DNA of 64,000 nucleotides from Clostridiaceae bacterium (GCA_012729635.1 JAAYCT010000014.1:37440-101439), one strand, 5' to 3'. Shown: positions 21,201 to 33,102, counted from the stretch's first letter. The notes: generated by a model not told the origin, from the letters alone. Numbers and translations: made by a program.

Positions 21201-24200
21201 GGAGATATCCATTTGCGTATGCTGCCGCCAGATACATGTTGGGCTTCATGTTAATAACGATTTGACCATTCTTGTCTGCCCTAAAGTTTTTGGATTCGTT
21301 CTGATTCATCATTACGAAGATCGACGCGAACCTGATTGGAGTACCTTTACTGTTGACCACCTGTAAGGTCACGATACCGGTTTCCTCCGCCCCGTAGACC
21401 GTCACGGTGCAATAACAGATGTCTTCGTTTCCGTATTCATCACGAACCGTCAGTTTTACCCAGTAATTACCGGTTCTGGCGTACGAATAGGTAATTTGGG
21501 AGCCGTTCAGAACGCTTCCGTCGTCCATATCCCAGGTATAAGAAACAATCCCGACATTGTCATAGGAGGCAGTCGCGTCCAGTGTAAACGTACTGCCCGC
21601 GATTGTCATGACATTTTCAGTAGTAATCGCAACGGGAGCGACGGTATCGATCCGGTATGCGTAACCGGTGACGACAGCGCTTTCGGAGACATTTCCGCAC
21701 TTGTCATAGCTCCGAAGCATATAACTGTAATTGACTTCCGGTGTGACATTCAAATCCGTATAATAGCCACCGGTAAGTTTCTTGATGAAGATGAATTGTG
21801 AGTCGGTTTCCGACTTGCGGAAAAGTTCATAATGCGAGAAGTCGACCTCGGGAGATACTCCCCATTCCAAATCGATCTGCCAGTTCTCCTGAATCAGGTT
21901 AACGACAGGCGCTTGCGGCGCTACCGTGTCCAATCGATACGAGAATGAGTAGATCTCACTGGTGTTACCGTTGGAATCCGTTGTGCTTGCGCGGAAATCG
22001 TACATGCCGTCCGAAAGTCCGGTTGTGTTCCAGACTACAGTCAAAACATAATACTGCTCGTTGGTCGTCTCAGATGCCAATGTTTGCCAATCGTCCGTCC
22101 CCGCGGGAGAGTACTCCAGAGAAACGGAAGCGAGCTTCGCGTTGTCCATTGCCAAAACCTTGATGGTCTGGTTCGCTCCCGCGTTGTCTCCGCTTTTCGG
22201 GCTGACGCTTCGAATAATCGGTGCCTCTGTGTCCGGCGATACCGTCACTTCCGCGATTGAGGATATTTCGCCCACGTTCCCGGCGATATCTTTCGCCGCC
22301 ACACGGTAACGGTAAGCCGAACCGTAGTTTACGCCGGTATCGTAGAAGTTCAGCGTCTCGCAGTCGGCGATCTGTGTAAAGTGATCCGAACCCGCGGCTG
22401 CCCGATAGATCATGTAAGAAGCGATATCTGTCTCTTCGGGAAGGTCCCAGAAAAGGCTGACCATTCCTTTCGTTCCGTCGGCCTGAACATTTTCGACGAC
22501 TGAAGGAGCTGTTCTGTCGATCGCGTACTCACAAACAATCGCAAGCCCGTCTGAAGTTACATTCTCGTTTCCGGCAGCGTCCAGCGCCGTGAACTTCACG
22601 AAAATCCGGCCTTCCGGCAAAGCGCTGACATCCCAGTTGTACGAATACTTATATTCTGCTTTGATGCCGGACGGAGTGAGCGTGGCAAGATCCGTCCACG
22701 CATCATCAACCGTTCTCCGGTAGCTTAATGAAAGCGATGAACTGCCCACATTATCCGTCACGGTCGCGGTCAGAGCGATCTGATTACTGTAATTGGACTG
22801 GATCGGACCCACTTCGGTAATCTTCGGACCGATCGTGTCGGACGATGTTGTCAGCGTGACCACATCCGAAGGCTCTCCGCGGTTTCCGAGATCGTCATAC
22901 CCGACCACCCGGAATGAATACTCCGTATCCGGCAGAAGATTCTGCACATAGAAGCCCGTATAATTCTTTTCCTTGCCGACGGCTTCGTACTCACCGCCTA
23001 TTAACTGCTCGATCTGAAAATAGGAGAAATCTTCATCGGTAACGTCAGCCCATGTCAGTTCCGCATACGCGGAAAAAGCCTCGGCGGTCTCGATCTCGAT
23101 CTTTGGAATACCGACCGTATCCACCGCGAAAACCGTGGAACACGCATTCGTGCTGTCGTTGCCGCTGGTATCCGTAGCGATCGCGAAAACCGTGTAATTC
23201 CCGCTCAGCGATTCCGTGTTCCAAACAATGCTTCCAACTCCGTTATTCGTCGGTACTTCTCCGATCAGGATCGTCTCTTCCGATCCTTCCGCTTGATAAT
23301 AGGCGGAAACCGACGCGACGGACACATTATCCGTAGCGGTAACGGTCAGTTTAACCGACTTCCCGATCCGGCCTCCGTCCGGAGTAATTCCGGTCACCAA
23401 CGGGTTGGTCAAATCCCGGTTGTCCTTCCACACTGCGGAGAAAACCACATTGCCTTGAACGGTGTATGAATCACCGGGCTGATATGCCATAGCTCCGTCA
23501 TTCCACTCGATGAACTCGAATTCTTCACGCGTGAAACGATTCTCGGCCACCGTAACGGTAGCACCCAAAAGGGTATGGATATCCCTTGGCGCTTCTCCGG
23601 ATACTCCTTCAAGGTTCGGAGCGTACGTTACGGAAAAGCTTTCCATAGTAACGGAAAAGTCCTGTATAATGGGCAATTTGTATTCCGTATCGCTGATCAG
23701 ATATACGGGGATCAGTTCCTCTCCGTTTGCGGAGACGGAATAGGATCCCGCCGGGATACCGGAAATCGAATATCTGCCGTCAATATCGGTAATGCCCTCA
23801 TATTCATTGATTCCGTCACTGATACAAACGGGAACAAAACTCAGAGGATTATTTCCGACGTCCGTGACAATACCTTCCATGCGTGCGGAATCCGCAAAAA
23901 TCCTACGTTTGGACTCCGCCAGACCTTCATCGTACGAAACCGTAAAATGATTCGTATTGAAATGCCCGGTGAATCCCGTGATCGGCTCCCAATCGGAAGG
24001 AAGCGTGATATTGCTTCCCAAGACGAAGCATCCATCCGGATTCTGTTCGATTCTTGTTATCAGATTTTCGGAATCCCTTATTACTTGAGCTCTTCCGACA
24101 CCGCATATTTCGCATGTTTGCGCCTGAGACAGATAGAAAATCGTATTGATGATCAGCGCGACTTCATCATCACTCAGGTATGGTCGATGTCCCATCTGGG

Positions 24201-27200
24201 ACATTCCGACATTGCCGGTCGTCGTCAGATAAAAGTTATTGGTTCCGGTAAATCCGTTAAATTCGGTAATAATATTCTGGGTTCTGCCCGCGGACTCTGC
24301 AAAATCCACCCATACATCCCCGTAGCAGAACTGAGCATTGCTGTGCGTCGCATACGAGTTCAGCGTATAAAAGCTGCCTCCGTCGATGTTTTTCTTTTCG
24401 CCGTTCATCAGGTTGAACGGATACTGAACCACCTGTCCTTCTTTTCGAATTCTCAAAAAATCGGTAAATACGGAGTTCGACGTTCCGTCATTTCCTACGA
24501 AGTTCTGTGATTTTGTAAGGATCTTCGCGCTATCGAGAATCAAGGCATCCATGTTCCAATGGGTTCCGGAAGTGGGCGTCGATGTTGATGTCGGAGCGTA
24601 TACCCCTTCGCCCGCCGGAACCGGGCTTTCGCCGGTATCATGATAGCAAATTGTGTCATGACCGATCAGAAATCCGTATCCTTGTCGGATGTACTCGGAT
24701 AGTGCTTCCCGGGCAACTCCGCTGATATCTTTGTTGGAGTTTGCATCGGAAAAGCCGACCGTTACCAAATCGTATTTATAATTCCCTTCCTCATCGAAGA
24801 GATACAGATCAGGATTGGCGTTGAATGTGTTCAGGTATACCGAGTCAATCGTTAAACTTAGCCCGTTCGGCAACGAATGAGACAGGAGATAGTTAATAAT
24901 TGAATTTTCCATGCGTTTATCGCTCGGATAAACACAAAGTATACTGACATCCTTTTTTTCAAGATCGTAATCATAAACATACGGAGTCGGACTGGGCGTA
25001 GGGGTCGCCGTCGGAGTCGGACTCGGTGTCGGCGTTGCCGTGGGGGTAGGCGTAGGGGTCGGGGTTGAAGTCGGCGTCGGTGTCGGACTCGGCGTTGCTG
25101 TTGGCGTCGGTGACGGTGTCGGGGACGGAGTCGGTGTCGGCGTCGGCGCTCTGACCGTGACCGGGATCATAATCGAAACGCTCTCATAACGACCGTGTTC
25201 GGTCGGAACAAACAGTGCCTCGAAAGAGCCCGATTCTGTTGGAACGATCGAAGGATCGACCCACTGGGCTCTGCCGTCCACGCTTGCATCAACGACGTAA
25301 AAATTGAAAATATCGCTCAACGCTTCGCCCAAATCGATATCCCGAACTTCCGGGATCGAATAAATGACCGGGACTCCCTTGATCACTTCAATGAGAAGTG
25401 TGGTACGGGCTTCTTTATGATTTTCATCCGCTTCGATATAAGCTCTGATCTCCGCCGTGCCCAAATCAAGGAGAGAAACGGTATTCGCGGTGAGAGAAAC
25501 GACATTTTCCCCGCTCATCAGTTCATATGTCACGGCGCCTGTTCCCAAGCCTCCGATGGCTTCGATCGAAAAATCCGGCGTGCCGTATTCAACTGATATG
25601 TTGCTTTCCTCGAAACGAAAATTCGTCTGATCCAACTTCATCAGTGTCGCGCCGCCGGGGATGAAATCCTGTTCAAAGGTCATTTCATCGCACACAGCGG
25701 AACAATGGTATTCCTCGATCCCGGGAATATAGACGCAGATGTTTTGCAGTTCATCCGTGACTATATCCTTGATCCCGTACGGATACTCCGTTCCGTTCTG
25801 CGTCAGCGTCAGTTCGGTCACCGGCAGACCGACCGCGTCGGTTAACGGAATGATCGTTCTGAAAACCTCAATCCCCTGCGAATTATAAGTATACGTAGAC
25901 GTCAGAGGATGAATGGAGCCTCCGTCGATCGTAATGATCGCGGGTTCCTCGGCATGTTCCCCGGATCCGATCGTTACGGGAACGATTACCGGCTCCGATG
26001 GATCACCGGGTTCCTCCGCTGCGCGATCATCGACTTCGAATATCGTTCCGCCCGATATTGTGATTTTGCTCGCGACCGGTTCTGTTGTATCTATATAATG
26101 TTCAACCGCTCCGCCGCCGATACCCGCGCTCTGGATTCCATCCGAATCGTCCGGAAAATCAGCATTATAATATTCATCGAGACAGGTACTGCCAAAGGCA
26201 TAGACTGATCCGCCTTCGATCAGTATTTCGGATGCGTTCCGTTGCTGACCCGCACCGATGCCGGCGCCGCCATTATTACCATACGCATGAATAACTCCGC
26301 CGGTAATCGTGATTGTACCGATCATATCATAGTAAGGACTTCCGCCGATACCGGCCGCGCGATCTCCGCCAAAACCGGTGATGTTTCCTCCGTTGATGAA
26401 AATGTCCGGAGACGGACCGAATCCGGCTCCGATACCGGCACCATTTACCCCGCCTGTTGCAGTGATTTCACCGCCATTTATGGTGATGGTGCATTCCGAA
26501 TTTGAAATACTTGTACTCCCGTTATCCGCCCGGCCGATTCCCGCGGCATTTGTCCCGCCAACGGCTGTGACGGTTCCGCCGCTTATCGTTATCGATTGGA
26601 GTTCTCCTTGCATTCCGGTTCCTATTCCGGATCCGTGCCCCAAACTCGTCGCATCAATCACTCCGTCTTCGATCGTGATCGAAAAACCCTCTGAATAAGA
26701 ACCGCCGCCGATGCCCGCTCCGTTCATATCGGATCTTGCCGTGATGTCTCCTCCGGTGATCCTTATGGATCCGCCACCGCCCTCGTAGCCGTCGCCGATA
26801 CCCGCACCGTTTCCGGCTTCAGATACGGCGGTGATTTCTCCTCCGGAAATATCGACGGATGCGCCGCTTCCTTCATACCCTCCGCCGATTCCGGCTCCGC
26901 TTCCTTTGCTTGAAGCGTTGATCGTTCCGCCTTCAATCGCAACCGAAACGGTTTTCGAACGATATCCGCCTCCGATACCTGCACCGTAAAATTCGGATCT
27001 TGCTGTAATATTCCCTCCGGTAATCCGGATTGATCCGCCACCGCCGTTATATCCGCTACCGATACCCGCACCGCCTCCGGCGGAACTTGCCGTTACCGTT
27101 CCTTCGTTAATATCAACCAGGCCGCAGGAGCCTCCGATTCCGGTGTCGATACTATAGCCACCGCCGATACCCGCTCCGTAGTATGAAGAACCAATCGCCG

Positions 27201-27858
27201 TAACGATTCCGCTATTGATCGTAATGCTTCCGGCATCCGGATAATCATTATCGCCGCCGATCCCGGCGCCGCCTACGCCCCCTGTCGAGCTCAATTCACC
27301 GTCCGTGTCACTCGATACGGTAAGCGTCGCTCCCGAAGGGACCCGTATTCCTGCATAGTAGGGTCCGCTAACGATCGAATTGAATCCGATCAGGTCCAAA
27401 TTGACCATTGCGCCGGACTCTAAAATGAAGCAACCGTAAGGAGCTAATGATTGATCGTATTGGATATTGACAGAAGAAAGTGAGATGTTATGCGTTCCGC
27501 CGGACACAAGTACGGTATTGGGAGATGCCTCCGAACGGTCTGTTTGCGTAATGATATATCCGTCCGGGTCCGCATCGGAAATCAAATTTCCGACCCCATC
27601 GTATGCGCTGATTGTATCCTGACCGATCACAATATCGCCCTTGTCCACGTACAGTGTCGTTTTTATTCCGTCCGCCTCGGTCGGATCCAATCGGACACCG
27701 GCTTTTTGAGAGGCCGCCACAGCTTCCGCCACGTTTGTCTCTGCACCGATTATCGGGTAAAAATCGCCGATCGGAAGCATACAAAACGAAAGAATAATCG
27801 CGAAAAGTCTAGTGGAGAAACGATGCTTGGTCGGAATATTCATTTGGAACCCCCTCAA
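15283..27858 (-). CDS. Giant secreted RHS/YD-repeat polymorphic toxin, teneurin-like, 4191 aa.
   Basis: One uninterrupted ORF. N-terminal signal peptide ([13 protein letters not shown]). About 400 aa of ~20-aa Gly-rich repeats. Ig-like domains and a Pro/Thr linker. Multiple FN3-like domains and a PKD-like domain. A carboxypeptidase-regulatory/transthyretin-like domain. A YD-repeat shell of about 1280 aa (residues ~2615-3899) that ends with the RHS core motif [20 protein letters not shown] 292-aa C-terminal domain follows. Confidence 0.9.
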   Translation of the reverse strand: MRGFQMNIPTKHRFSTRLFAIILSFCMLPIGDFYPIIGAETNVAEAVAASQKAGVRLDPTEADGIKTTLYVDKGDIVIGQDTISAYDGVGNLISDADPDGYIITQTDRSEASPNTVLVSGGTHNISLSSVNIQYDQSLAPYGCFILESGAMVNLDLIGFNSIVSGPYYAGIRVPSGATLTVSSDTDGELSSTGGVGGAGIGGDNDYPDAGSITINSGIVTAIGSSYYGAGIGGGYSIDTGIGGSCGLVDINEGTVTASSAGGGAGIGSGYNGGGGSIRITGGNITARSEFYGAGIGGGYRSKTVSVAIEGGTINASSKGSGAGIGGGYEGSGASVDISGGEITAVSEAGNGAGIGDGYEGGGGSIRITGGDITARSDMNGAGIGGGSYSEGFSITIEDGVIDATSLGHGSGIGTGMQGELQSITISGGTVTAVGGTNAAGIGRADNGSTSISNSECTITINGGEITATGGVNGAGIGAGFGPSPDIFINGGNITGFGGDRAAGIGGSPYYDMIGTITITGGVIHAYGNNGGAGIGAGQQRNASEILIEGGSVYAFGSTCLDEYYNADFPDDSDGIQSAGIGGGAVEHYIDTTEPVASKITISGGTIFEVDDRAAEEPGDPSEPVIVPVTIGSGEHAEEPAIITIDGGSIHPLTSTYTYNSQGIEVFRTIIPLTDAVGLPVTELTLTQNGTEYPYGIKDIVTDELQNICVYIPGIEEYHCSAVCDEMTFEQDFIPGGATLMKLDQTNFRFEESNISVEYGTPDFSIEAIGGLGTGAVTYELMSGENVVSLTANTVSLLDLGTAEIRAYIEADENHKEARTTLLIEVIKGVPVIYSIPEVRDIDLGEALSDIFNFYVVDASVDGRAQWVDPSIVPTESGSFEALFVPTEHGRYESVSIMIPVTVRAPTPTPTPSPTPSPTPTATPSPTPTPTSTPTPTPTPTATPTPSPTPTATPTPSPTPYVYDYDLEKKDVSILCVYPSDKRMENSIINYLLSHSLPNGLSLTIDSVYLNTFNANPDLYLFDEEGNYKYDLVTVGFSDANSNKDISGVAREALSEYIRQGYGFLIGHDTICYHDTGESPVPAGEGVYAPTSTSTPTSGTHWNMDALILDSAKILTKSQNFVGNDGTSNSVFTDFLRIRKEGQVVQYPFNLMNGEKKNIDGGSFYTLNSYATHSNAQFCYGDVWVDFAESAGRTQNIITEFNGFTGTNNFYLTTTGNVGMSQMGHRPYLSDDEVALIINTIFYLSQAQTCEICGVGRAQVIRDSENLITRIEQNPDGCFVLGSNITLPSDWEPITGFTGHFNTNHFTVSYDEGLAESKRRIFADSARMEGIVTDVGNNPLSFVPVCISDGINEYEGITDIDGRYSISGIPAGSYSVSANGEELIPVYLISDTEYKLPIIQDFSVTMESFSVTYAPNLEGVSGEAPRDIHTLLGATVTVAENRFTREEFEFIEWNDGAMAYQPGDSYTVQGNVVFSAVWKDNRDLTNPLVTGITPDGGRIGKSVKLTVTATDNVSVASVSAYYQAEGSEETILIGEVPTNNGVGSIVWNTESLSGNYTVFAIATDTSGNDSTNACSTVFAVDTVGIPKIEIETAEAFSAYAELTWADVTDEDFSYFQIEQLIGGEYEAVGKEKNYTGFYVQNLLPDTEYSFRVVGYDDLGNRGEPSDVVTLTTSSDTIGPKITEVGPIQSNYSNQIALTATVTDNVGSSSLSLSYRRTVDDAWTDLATLTPSGIKAEYKYSYNWDVSALPEGRIFVKFTALDAAGNENVTSDGLAIVCEYAIDRTAPSVVENVQADGTKGMVSLFWDLPEETDIASYMIYRAAAGSDHFTQIADCETLNFYDTGVNYGSAYRYRVAAKDIAGNVGEISSIAEVTVSPDTEAPIIRSVSPKSGDNAGANQTIKVLAMDNAKLASVSLEYSPAGTDDWQTLASETTNEQYYVLTVVWNTTGLSDGMYDFRASTTDSNGNTSEIYSFSYRLDTVAPQAPVVNLIQENWQIDLEWGVSPEVDFSHYELFRKSETDSQFIFIKKLTGGYYTDLNVTPEVNYSYMLRSYDKCGNVSESAVVTGYAYRIDTVAPVAITTENVMTIAGSTFTLDATASYDNVGIVSYTWDMDDGSVLNGSQITYSYARTGNYWVKLTVRDEYGNEDICYCTVTVYGAEETGIVTLQVVNSKGTPIRFASIFVMMNQNESKNFRADKNGQIVINMKPNMYLAAAYANGYLPQEKVFSVAAGSSKTEKIVLSEGTLVSGQLTSHRMSLDEMILAGIDFDDPDNMETFTFSMRLTFMQSPLPTTYAFVYGGREIRPIVEDKEDERWNWVLVGGRGVSLEPEDAIFGYVYTRQSVSWLKNMYNVTLGVINNADPEFYLSDCKASLQLSSPVSLAATEAKQSLEQDMYNIYGQEESNVSWFVKSDIPGTHAIDAAFEGTLYPFDAPVSAKFHTTQDFETEGEGIRITLMPEETANVGEEYYVYFAVTNTSDSPIVSLTTTFGPFEDPGLKQRIVVIDSVTGKQEIINCDGEGPRFSGEFSSEADHYDLSLSKGASVSFDAIMPGQTIFGTYHETFDASGNQNEVYYYLIDSLVTVLEGQNTGVTVSVEPISSHISHYNYMYNSFLTVICDPVDYMTGAYLDLIETLSVQGSTNLSLDLEYNSLLTEAEGEVGYGWSHGYENEIRMEDGQVRFYWTPTNYLAFVTTNSIEGIVYGTVEDGVIHLQANPSLAEEYTCISYGMRDYKLSRDESGAYLMTSPAGDSYEFNADGKLTKIRESNGRTVTLTHEDMKTTVTDPASGKFFCIHYDEDGHIASATDNIGRTVSFTYSDGYLTSYTNALGETLSYSYDEAGKLYSATSNTGDVLVTNTYDEEGRVLTQDDGNPNTPLTIFSYTEDPETGVLLVEITDRNGGKIQAKSNNLGQMLSTSDQNGNGNVYTYNAIGQLISETNAGGYTMYYDYDSAGNRTVVRDYYGDETHFSYDDSGNVTGIASQGGATRTYAYNDRNLMITETDEVGVRTFYSYDDEAQLISKTVEGKGTETYEYENGCLTSVIDFMGNTTRFEYDAVGNLISITDREGAKTTFAYDLLGRVVQKTDALGGKTTYKYDEIGKTTSVTDANGNTTVFEYSYRQLVKQIFADDTYLAYRYDSEGRVTQRVDPDGKVTNTEFDPAGNAIRTSVEGVSESYTYDANNFLQTSTDANGETTSYFYYPNGQLYKVVYPDGSQMLKNYNSSWQIINVTDVNNHVTSYEYDIAGNTTCIRDTLGNETRMEYDLFGNLIRVTDPNGNETNYAYDVMGNCTSMTDALGQTYHFTYDKENRLIRTWTETSIGIVSECLKHDALGRVIETTDVNGNSRFVSYDSIGNVIRMTDALGNVIEQNNYNNMNQLIESTDALGGITKISYNDAGAIQSLVENLNTSSQTTTSLEYDEFGRMVSVVDPLNGISGCTYDNSGNVISQTDPNGGTTSFTYDSMGRITAVVNAIGSESEYTYNAAGLLAESENGRDQKATYTYDDIGRITSMTDEAGTIQYTYDNNGNLLRVQDESGTISRQYDELNRVTAYTDHNGKTVQYAYDELGNRISLTYPGGEIVRYSYNLDSSLHSVTDWDGRETIYGYDANGRLTSVVRPDGSYEIYGYDAKGRIISQDDYVGSVSINSYRFEYDAAGNITGITDSESIDPEGLENVTMTYDEANRLITYNGQDVLYDADGNMTYGPLNGIMTEFEYDARNRLIRAGETTYEYNAENRRIAVNEKSRRIEYIMDPVATLSNILVSTVYESTGDGQYSSTGSETLYVYGIGLIGEKSSDRGYLIYHFNQIGSTTAITNEAGAITNTFSYGPYGELLSGASEGFQFLYNGQYGIVTDTNGLYQMRARYYNADIKRFINQDVIIGNVSESQSMNRYSYVQGNPINALDPFGLFFMKITKEDMGHFALDVLGYLPVIGCIADFANALWYLGEGLLEGGLSTEKGRKNLFDSACSFFSALPGIGSIIGNSAKAYFKGTKFADKAIVIGQMCKVIGYTGSLTMKPFEIGDSIGNIQNAQAEGKRVDLRDVLSICWDVISICATGKDIYDDLRPLDEVYIREVKLAADSDVGMGGNRFRDADLPLQRDRALGIIYKREADGNLITTERIESLSGTATYRVPNGVWHDQKIVYHRMNDNYIYNSAQIKDYSYWAKDRGYTFILEVNPGAEVSKPLLESELFGSVIIVTR
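15286..16161 (-). other. C-terminal variable (toxin) domain of the RHS protein, distal to the DPFGL motif. Fold unassigned.
   Basis: 292 aa after DPFGL (plus 16162-16176). The first ~100 aa are Gly- and hydrophobic-rich ([13 protein letters not shown]..., [14 protein letters not shown]). The distal ~180 aa have no motif I can assign. The DNA here is conspicuously AT-rich versus the rest of the gene. Confidence 0.6.
24985..25150 (-). repeat. Pro/Thr low-complexity linker (PTPTPSPTP...) within the RHS protein.
   Basis: Plus strand is a ggNgtNgg-type periodic tract. Translation [55 protein letters not shown]. Confidence 0.85.
26180..27320 (-). repeat. Tandem ~20-aa glycine-rich repeats (G-AGIGGGY-G...I-GG-ITA-S), likely a beta-helical repeat array.
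   Basis: About 18-20 successive units, such as [24 protein letters not shown] / [28 protein letters not shown]. Coordinates are approximate. Confidence 0.6.
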
Positions 27859-27899
27859 AAAACACGAAATTATGGATGTCGAAATGGTTTGCTGCTAAG

Positions 27900-28445
27900 T
27901 TACTCTGTCATTACGGAAAGGATATTTCCGTTCGCATCATATTCGTATGAAACGGTGCTTCCGTCCGGATAGGTCACACGAATCAGGCGACCGAGCAAAT
28001 CGTATTCATAAATCAGATCCCCCTTATCGATAACCTGCTCTCTTGGGAGGACTGTGATTTGCAGACTGTCGGATCGCCCGGATTCCGCCTCCGTTACAGT
28101 GATTGTGGTCTCGCCGGGTAACAGTGCGGTCAGCATACCGGAGGTATCTATCGTTGCGATACTCACATCGCTACTGGTCCATGCCAATTCACTGCCGGAT
28201 GCTCCCGAAAGCGTTAGTTGATAAATCCCGCCTTCATGAACTTCGGTATCCAAAGGAAGAATCAACAGGGTTTCCGTAGTCTCTGTTGGGACCGTTACGG
28301 AGGTCGTTGTCGGGGATGTTGTAGAACTCGTGGTCGTCGGTGTCGGATCGAGCGGACAAGCCGTACACATAATCATGATAACCGCCATCAAACCGAGCGC
28401 GATTCCGGTCTTGATACACCGGGTGTGGTCCAGGTAAACTTTCAT
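27900..28445 (-). CDS. Lipoprotein with a Big_2 Ig-like domain and two C-terminal YD repeats.
   Basis: Signal peptide plus lipobox (LMAVIMIMCTAC). A Thr/Ser-rich linker. Big_2-like region LTLSGASGSELAWTSSDVSIATIDTSGMLTALLPGETTITV. C-terminal YEYDLLGRLIRVTYPDGSTVSYEYDANGNIL. Start at plus 28443-28445 with RBS GAGGGGAAAAAT. It lies 41 nt upstream of the RHS gene start on the same strand. Confidence 0.7.
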   Translation of the reverse strand: MKVYLDHTRCIKTGIALGLMAVIMIMCTACPLDPTPTTTSSTTSPTTTSVTVPTETTETLLILPLDTEVHEGGIYQLTLSGASGSELAWTSSDVSIATIDTSGMLTALLPGETTITVTEAESGRSDSLQITVLPREQVIDKGDLIYEYDLLGRLIRVTYPDGSTVSYEYDANGNILSVMTE

Positions 28446-28668
28446 ATTTTTCCCCTCTATAGCATGAAAATATATCAAACATTGCGTATTATACCATCGA
28501 TGATAAATAATCTCAATAAAAACCGAATGGATTTACGTTAAATATCTTATAAAATATATTTAACTTTATTTACAATTGATACGGAGGCTATTTGTATTGC
28601 GGGATCATATAATGACGTTTATTGTTGACTTACGAGCGCGAGTCCCTTACCGGGTTTTTTTACTCTTC

Positions 28669-29859
28669 CTAAAGTCGCTCCCTGAACTCCTTGATCAGTG
28701 CGGGTAAAACCTCGAGCACGTCCCCGACGATCCCGAACGTCGCGATCTTGAAGATCGGCGCGTCGGGGTCTTTATTGATCGCGATGATGGTATCGGAAGA
28801 GGACATTCCGGCCAGGTGCTGGACGGCGCCCGAGATGCCGCACGCGAAGTAGACCTTCGGGCCGACGGTTTTTCCGGTCTGACCGACCTGATGATTGTAT
28901 TCGATCCATCCGGAGTCGACGACCGCGCGGCTCGCACCGATACCGGCGCCCAGAACCTCCGCCAGTTCTTCGACGAGTTTCAGATTCTTCGGATCGCCCA
29001 TTCCCCGGCCGCACGATACGATGATGTCCGCCTCGGCCAGATTGACCATTCTCCCGTTATGGTCCGCAACCGGCGAGACCTTTGTGGACGGGACCGGCGG
29101 AACGGAGACGGCGGGGCGGATGATCTTTCCTTTTCGGGTCGGATCCGCGGGGATCGGCTTCATGACCTTCGGGCGTACCGAGGACATTTGCGGTCTGTGG
29201 TTCGGGCAAATGATGGTCGCCATCAGGTTTCCCCCGAATGCGGGTCGCGTTTGCATCAGGATCTTCTTTTCGTCGTCGATTTTGAGGCTCGTACAGTCGG
29301 CGGTCAAACCGGTTCCGATCCGGGACGCGACTCTCGGCGCCAGGGATCGGCCGTACGCCGTCGCGCCCATTAGGACGATTTCCGGCTTATAGGACCGGAT
29401 CAATTGTGCGAAAACGTCGGTATACGATTCATCGTTAAAATCCCGAAGCGTCGGATCATCGACAACATATACGTTATCCGCGCCGTGAGCGATCAGGACC
29501 TCCGCCGCGGCGTCCGGCTTCTCGCCGATCAGGACCGCGGAGAGCTCGACTCCGAGCTGATCGGCAAGTTTTCTTCCTTCGCCTAAAAGTTCAAGCGCGA
29601 CGTTTGAGGCGATGCCGTCCTTCTGTTCGGCGAAAATCCAGACCCCTTTGTAGGCGGAAAGATCCGCGGCAGGAGCCACTTCGTCTTTGGTAAAATCGAT
29701 CGCGAAAAACTTACAGGAGGATACACAAGCGCCGCACAAGGTGCAGTTATCTTGAATCACTGCTTTTCTGTCCGTGATTTGGATCGCGCCGAAAGGGCAC
29801 GAGCCGACACAAATTTTACAACCGACACATTTTTCGGGAATGATTCGAATGCTTGCCAT
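28669..29859 (-). CDS. etfA: Electron-transfer flavoprotein alpha subunit with an N-terminal 2x[4Fe-4S] ferredoxin domain.
   Basis: [12 protein letters not shown] and [11 protein letters not shown] ferredoxin motifs, followed by the EtfA FAD-binding region ([12 protein letters not shown]). Confidence 0.85.
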   Translation of the reverse strand: MASIRIIPEKCVGCKICVGSCPFGAIQITDRKAVIQDNCTLCGACVSSCKFFAIDFTKDEVAPAADLSAYKGVWIFAEQKDGIASNVALELLGEGRKLADQLGVELSAVLIGEKPDAAAEVLIAHGADNVYVVDDPTLRDFNDESYTDVFAQLIRSYKPEIVLMGATAYGRSLAPRVASRIGTGLTADCTSLKIDDEKKILMQTRPAFGGNLMATIICPNHRPQMSSVRPKVMKPIPADPTRKGKIIRPAVSVPPVPSTKVSPVADHNGRMVNLAEADIIVSCGRGMGDPKNLKLVEELAEVLGAGIGASRAVVDSGWIEYNHQVGQTGKTVGPKVYFACGISGAVQHLAGMSSSDTIIAINKDPDAPIFKIATFGIVGDVLEVLPALIKEFRERL

Positions 29860-29864
29860 CTTCT

Positions 29865-30662
29865 TTATTCCCCCGCCTTCATGAAATGCATCGACAGAAG
29901 CCGGTCGGTAAGCTTTCGGGCCTGCTCCTCCGGGGTTCCCTCAAACATCTCGCTTTGGACGTCATGGACCGGCACAAAAGTCCGGATGACCTGAGTCGGC
30001 GAGCCCTGAAGGCCGCACTGCGTCTTGTCGGCGCCGACATCGTCGGCGGTCCATACGGCGACTTCCGTCTTTTTGGCACGCATCATACCCTTCAGGGAAG
30101 GAAGGCGGGGTTCGTTGATCTCTTTCACTACGGTGATCAACGCGGGAAGGGTCAGTTCGATATCGTCATACCCGTCGTCGGTCAGCCGTTGGCATCGGAT
30201 CCGCCCGTCGCCGATTTCGGTTATTTTCCGCACATACGTCGCGTGCGGGATCCCGAGCTTTTCGGCAAGACTCGGTCCGACCTGGGCGGTATCGCCGTCG
30301 GTCGCCTGTTTGCCGCAAATGATCAGGTCGTATGCTCCGATTTTTCGAATACCCATCGAAAGAGCGTATGCCGTGGCCAGTGTGTCCGCGCCGGCAAACG
30401 CGCGATCGCTCAGTAATACACATTCGTCGACGCCGAGGGCGACGGTTTCCCGGAGCATTCCCGCGACGGCGGGGATCCCCATGCTTAATACGGTCACTTT
30501 GCCTCCGGTCCGGTCTTTGATCCGAAGCCCTTCCTCGACCGCGTACGTATCGAACGGATTAATTACGGATTCGACTCCCTCACGGATGATCGTGTTGGTT
30601 TCCTTGTTCATTTTGACTTCCGTTGTAGCCGGAACTTGCTTGACACAGGCGATAATGTTCAA
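29865..30662 (-). CDS. etfB: Electron-transfer flavoprotein beta subunit.
   Basis: MNIIACVKQVPAT...NPFDTYAVEEGLRI, the canonical EtfB N-terminus. Confidence 0.85.
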   Translation of the reverse strand: MNIIACVKQVPATTEVKMNKETNTIIREGVESVINPFDTYAVEEGLRIKDRTGGKVTVLSMGIPAVAGMLRETVALGVDECVLLSDRAFAGADTLATAYALSMGIRKIGAYDLIICGKQATDGDTAQVGPSLAEKLGIPHATYVRKITEIGDGRIRCQRLTDDGYDDIELTLPALITVVKEINEPRLPSLKGMMRAKKTEVAVWTADDVGADKTQCGLQGSPTQVIRTFVPVHDVQSEMFEGTPEEQARKLTDRLLSMHFMKAGE

Positions 30663-30722
30663 CGTTGATACTCCTTAACGTGAGAATGATTTTCGAAAAG
30701 CCGGCGGACCCGGCGACTCATC

Positions 30723-31880
30723 TTAATGATTCGCCGAAAACTCCTTCAGTAGATTCAGGGCGATGATATTTCTCTGGATCTGGTTGGTGCCCTCGTAGAT
30801 CTGGGTGATCTTCGCGTCCCGCATCATTTTTTCGACCGGGTATTCCTTCATATAGCCGTAGCCGCCCAGGATCTGCACGGCATCCGTCGTCACCTTCATC
30901 GCGGTATCCGACGCCATGACTTTGCACATCGCAGAGTCCTTGGAGATGTTTTTCGCGCCGGAATCGATAAACCGGCACGTCGCGTAAACCAGAGATCTCG
31001 CCGCTTCGATCTGGATCGCCATGTCGGCGAGGATATGCTGAACGGCCTGAAACGTAGAGATCGTCGCACCGAACTGTTCTCTTTCCTTGGAATACTTCAC
31101 CGCTTCGTTCATCGCGCCGGTCGCGATACCGATCGCCTGCGCCGCGACACCGGGGCGCGTCCGGTCGAGTGTCTTCATCGCGACGATGAAGCCGGCGCCT
31201 TCCTTGGACAGCAAGTTCTCCTTGGGGACTCTGCAGTGATCGAACACCAGCTCCCGTGTGCAGGAAGCCCGAATGCCCATCTTATTTTCTTTCTTGCCGA
31301 ACGTAAAGCCGGGCGTGTCTTTCTCGACAATAAATGCCGAAAACCCCCTGGAACCCCTTGTTCTGTCCGTACAGGCAATGACGGTATAGATCTCCGCCTC
31401 ACCGCCGTTCGTGATCCATTGCTTGGTCCCGTTGAGGACATATTCGTCTCCGTCCGGCGTCGCGGTCGTTCGGATGCCGGACGCGTCGCTCCCGGCACCG
31501 GCTTCCGTCAGGCCGAAAGCGGCCATTTTCTTACCCGCCGCGATATCCGGAAGATATTTCTGCTTCTGCTCGTCACTTCCGAAAAGGATGATCGGAAACG
31601 CGCCGAGACCGGTCGCCGCGTAGGATAAAGATATTCCGCCGCAACCCCGGCTCAACTCTTCGACGACCAGCGCCATCTCAAATATCCCGCCGCCGAGCCC
31701 GCCGTACTTCTCCTCGATATATACACCGCAAAGGTCCGAGTCGGCCAGAATCTTCATGATATCGTGGGGAAATGTTCCTTCTTCGTCATATTGGATCGCC
31801 AGCGGTCTGATTTTCTCGTCCGCGATCTGGGCCGCCAGTTCTTTGATCATCGTTTGTTCTTCGGTCAGAAAGTAATTCAT
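30723..31880 (-). CDS. bcd: Short-chain acyl-CoA (butyryl-CoA) dehydrogenase.
   Basis: 385 aa. MNYFLTEEQ..., with acyl-CoA dehydrogenase motifs AFGLTEAGAGSDA, QILGGYGY and IYEGTNQIQR. Sits immediately upstream of etfBA. Confidence 0.85.
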   Translation of the reverse strand: MNYFLTEEQTMIKELAAQIADEKIRPLAIQYDEEGTFPHDIMKILADSDLCGVYIEEKYGGLGGGIFEMALVVEELSRGCGGISLSYAATGLGAFPIILFGSDEQKQKYLPDIAAGKKMAAFGLTEAGAGSDASGIRTTATPDGDEYVLNGTKQWITNGGEAEIYTVIACTDRTRGSRGFSAFIVEKDTPGFTFGKKENKMGIRASCTRELVFDHCRVPKENLLSKEGAGFIVAMKTLDRTRPGVAAQAIGIATGAMNEAVKYSKEREQFGATISTFQAVQHILADMAIQIEAARSLVYATCRFIDSGAKNISKDSAMCKVMASDTAMKVTTDAVQILGGYGYMKEYPVEKMMRDAKITQIYEGTNQIQRNIIALNLLKEFSANH

Positions 31881-32095
31881 TTTCGTATCTCCTTATTGCG
31901 AACATATTTCCGCGATCCATAATTATATTGATAGTCAAACCATATGGTTGAGTATAGTACAAAAGGAATGCAGGCGCAATAATTACTTTGATTAACAAAT
32001 AATTTGATAGTCGTTATTTTTCACGAGGCGATTATATCAAAAAAGCCGCCGGAAACCAAGTCTCCGACGGCCTTTCCGAGGTTACGCTTTCCGGT

Positions 32096-32950
32096 CTATT
32101 TCTTTCGTACCGGAACCCAAATCTCTCCGAACCCGTTCTGGTGCTTCCCCAGGCCGTAGTACATCTCGAACTGCGGACCTTCCGCCGTCTCGTACTCGGA
32201 GGACGGAAACCACTCCGACCAGATCCGCCTCCACACGCCCTGCACTTCACATCCCGGCGCGTCGAAGATCGCCCAGGTTGCGGACGGGACGTCGAGGGTC
32301 GAAAAACGCGATGGCAAAGTCAATCCTTCGGGCAGGTACTGGCACAGCATGTACTTGAAATCGGTTTCCGTGAAATCATAGAGCGCGGCGATCGTGAAGT
32401 TGTCGCCGAATCGCCCCAGCAGGCGGTTCATCTCCTCGGCGGTTCCGTCTTCGCCGCATTTTCTGCAAAACTGCGGCACCTGAAGGAATGCCGTCTCATG
32501 GTCCGTGCTGATCTTTTCGAAAACACCGAATACCCGGAAAGCCTCTCTTTGTTCAATACGATAGTTCATTTCTTGGTCTCCTTTAATTGATATTGAGAAG
32601 GTCATCCTCGGATAGGCTTTGAGCGAGACGCCCGAATTGCGCGAGGCCGCCGGCATGACGCCGTGCAGATTCCTGTACGCCCGACTGAATGCTTCCGGCG
32701 ATTCGTATCCGTACTTCAATGCCACGTCGATTACTTTCGTATCGCTTGTCTGCAGTTCGAAGGCGGCCATCGTCAGGCGCCTTCTCCGGATGTACTCCGA
32801 CAGCGGGACATCCGTTATAAACGAGAACATCCGCTGAAAGTGATACGTGGAACAGCAAGCGATCTGCGCGACTTTGTCGTACGAGATCTCCCCGGTCAGA
32901 TTGGACTCGATGTAGTCCATCGCCTGATTCATTCTTTCCGGCCAATCCAT
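32096..32950 (-). CDS. AraC-family regulator with a GyrI-like effector-binding domain.
   Basis: HTH_AraC (YDKVAQIACCSTYHFQRMFSF...PEAFSRAY) plus a GyrI-like C-terminal half. Confidence 0.8.
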   Translation of the reverse strand: MDWPERMNQAMDYIESNLTGEISYDKVAQIACCSTYHFQRMFSFITDVPLSEYIRRRRLTMAAFELQTSDTKVIDVALKYGYESPEAFSRAYRNLHGVMPAASRNSGVSLKAYPRMTFSISIKGDQEMNYRIEQREAFRVFGVFEKISTDHETAFLQVPQFCRKCGEDGTAEEMNRLLGRFGDNFTIAALYDFTETDFKYMLCQYLPEGLTLPSRFSTLDVPSATWAIFDAPGCEVQGVWRRIWSEWFPSSEYETAEGPQFEMYYGLGKHQNGFGEIWVPVRKK

Positions 32951-33102
32951 TGACTTTCCCTCCCTGATGAGACCATCATAATCTTTCGGAGCTTACGAAT
33001 CCTTGCAGTTGATGCACGAAAATGTCAGGTGTTCTCCCGTCTCGCTCACTGATGAAGCGAACAAGGCAATGCTTTTACTTTCTGTGTACCTTGCGCTGAT
33101 TT

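Noticed and set aside
28600-28668. Intrinsic terminator after etfA (CCGGGTTTTTTT on the plus strand).
   Set aside because: The T-run is on the wrong strand for the minus-strand etfA. The stem is only 3-4 bp.
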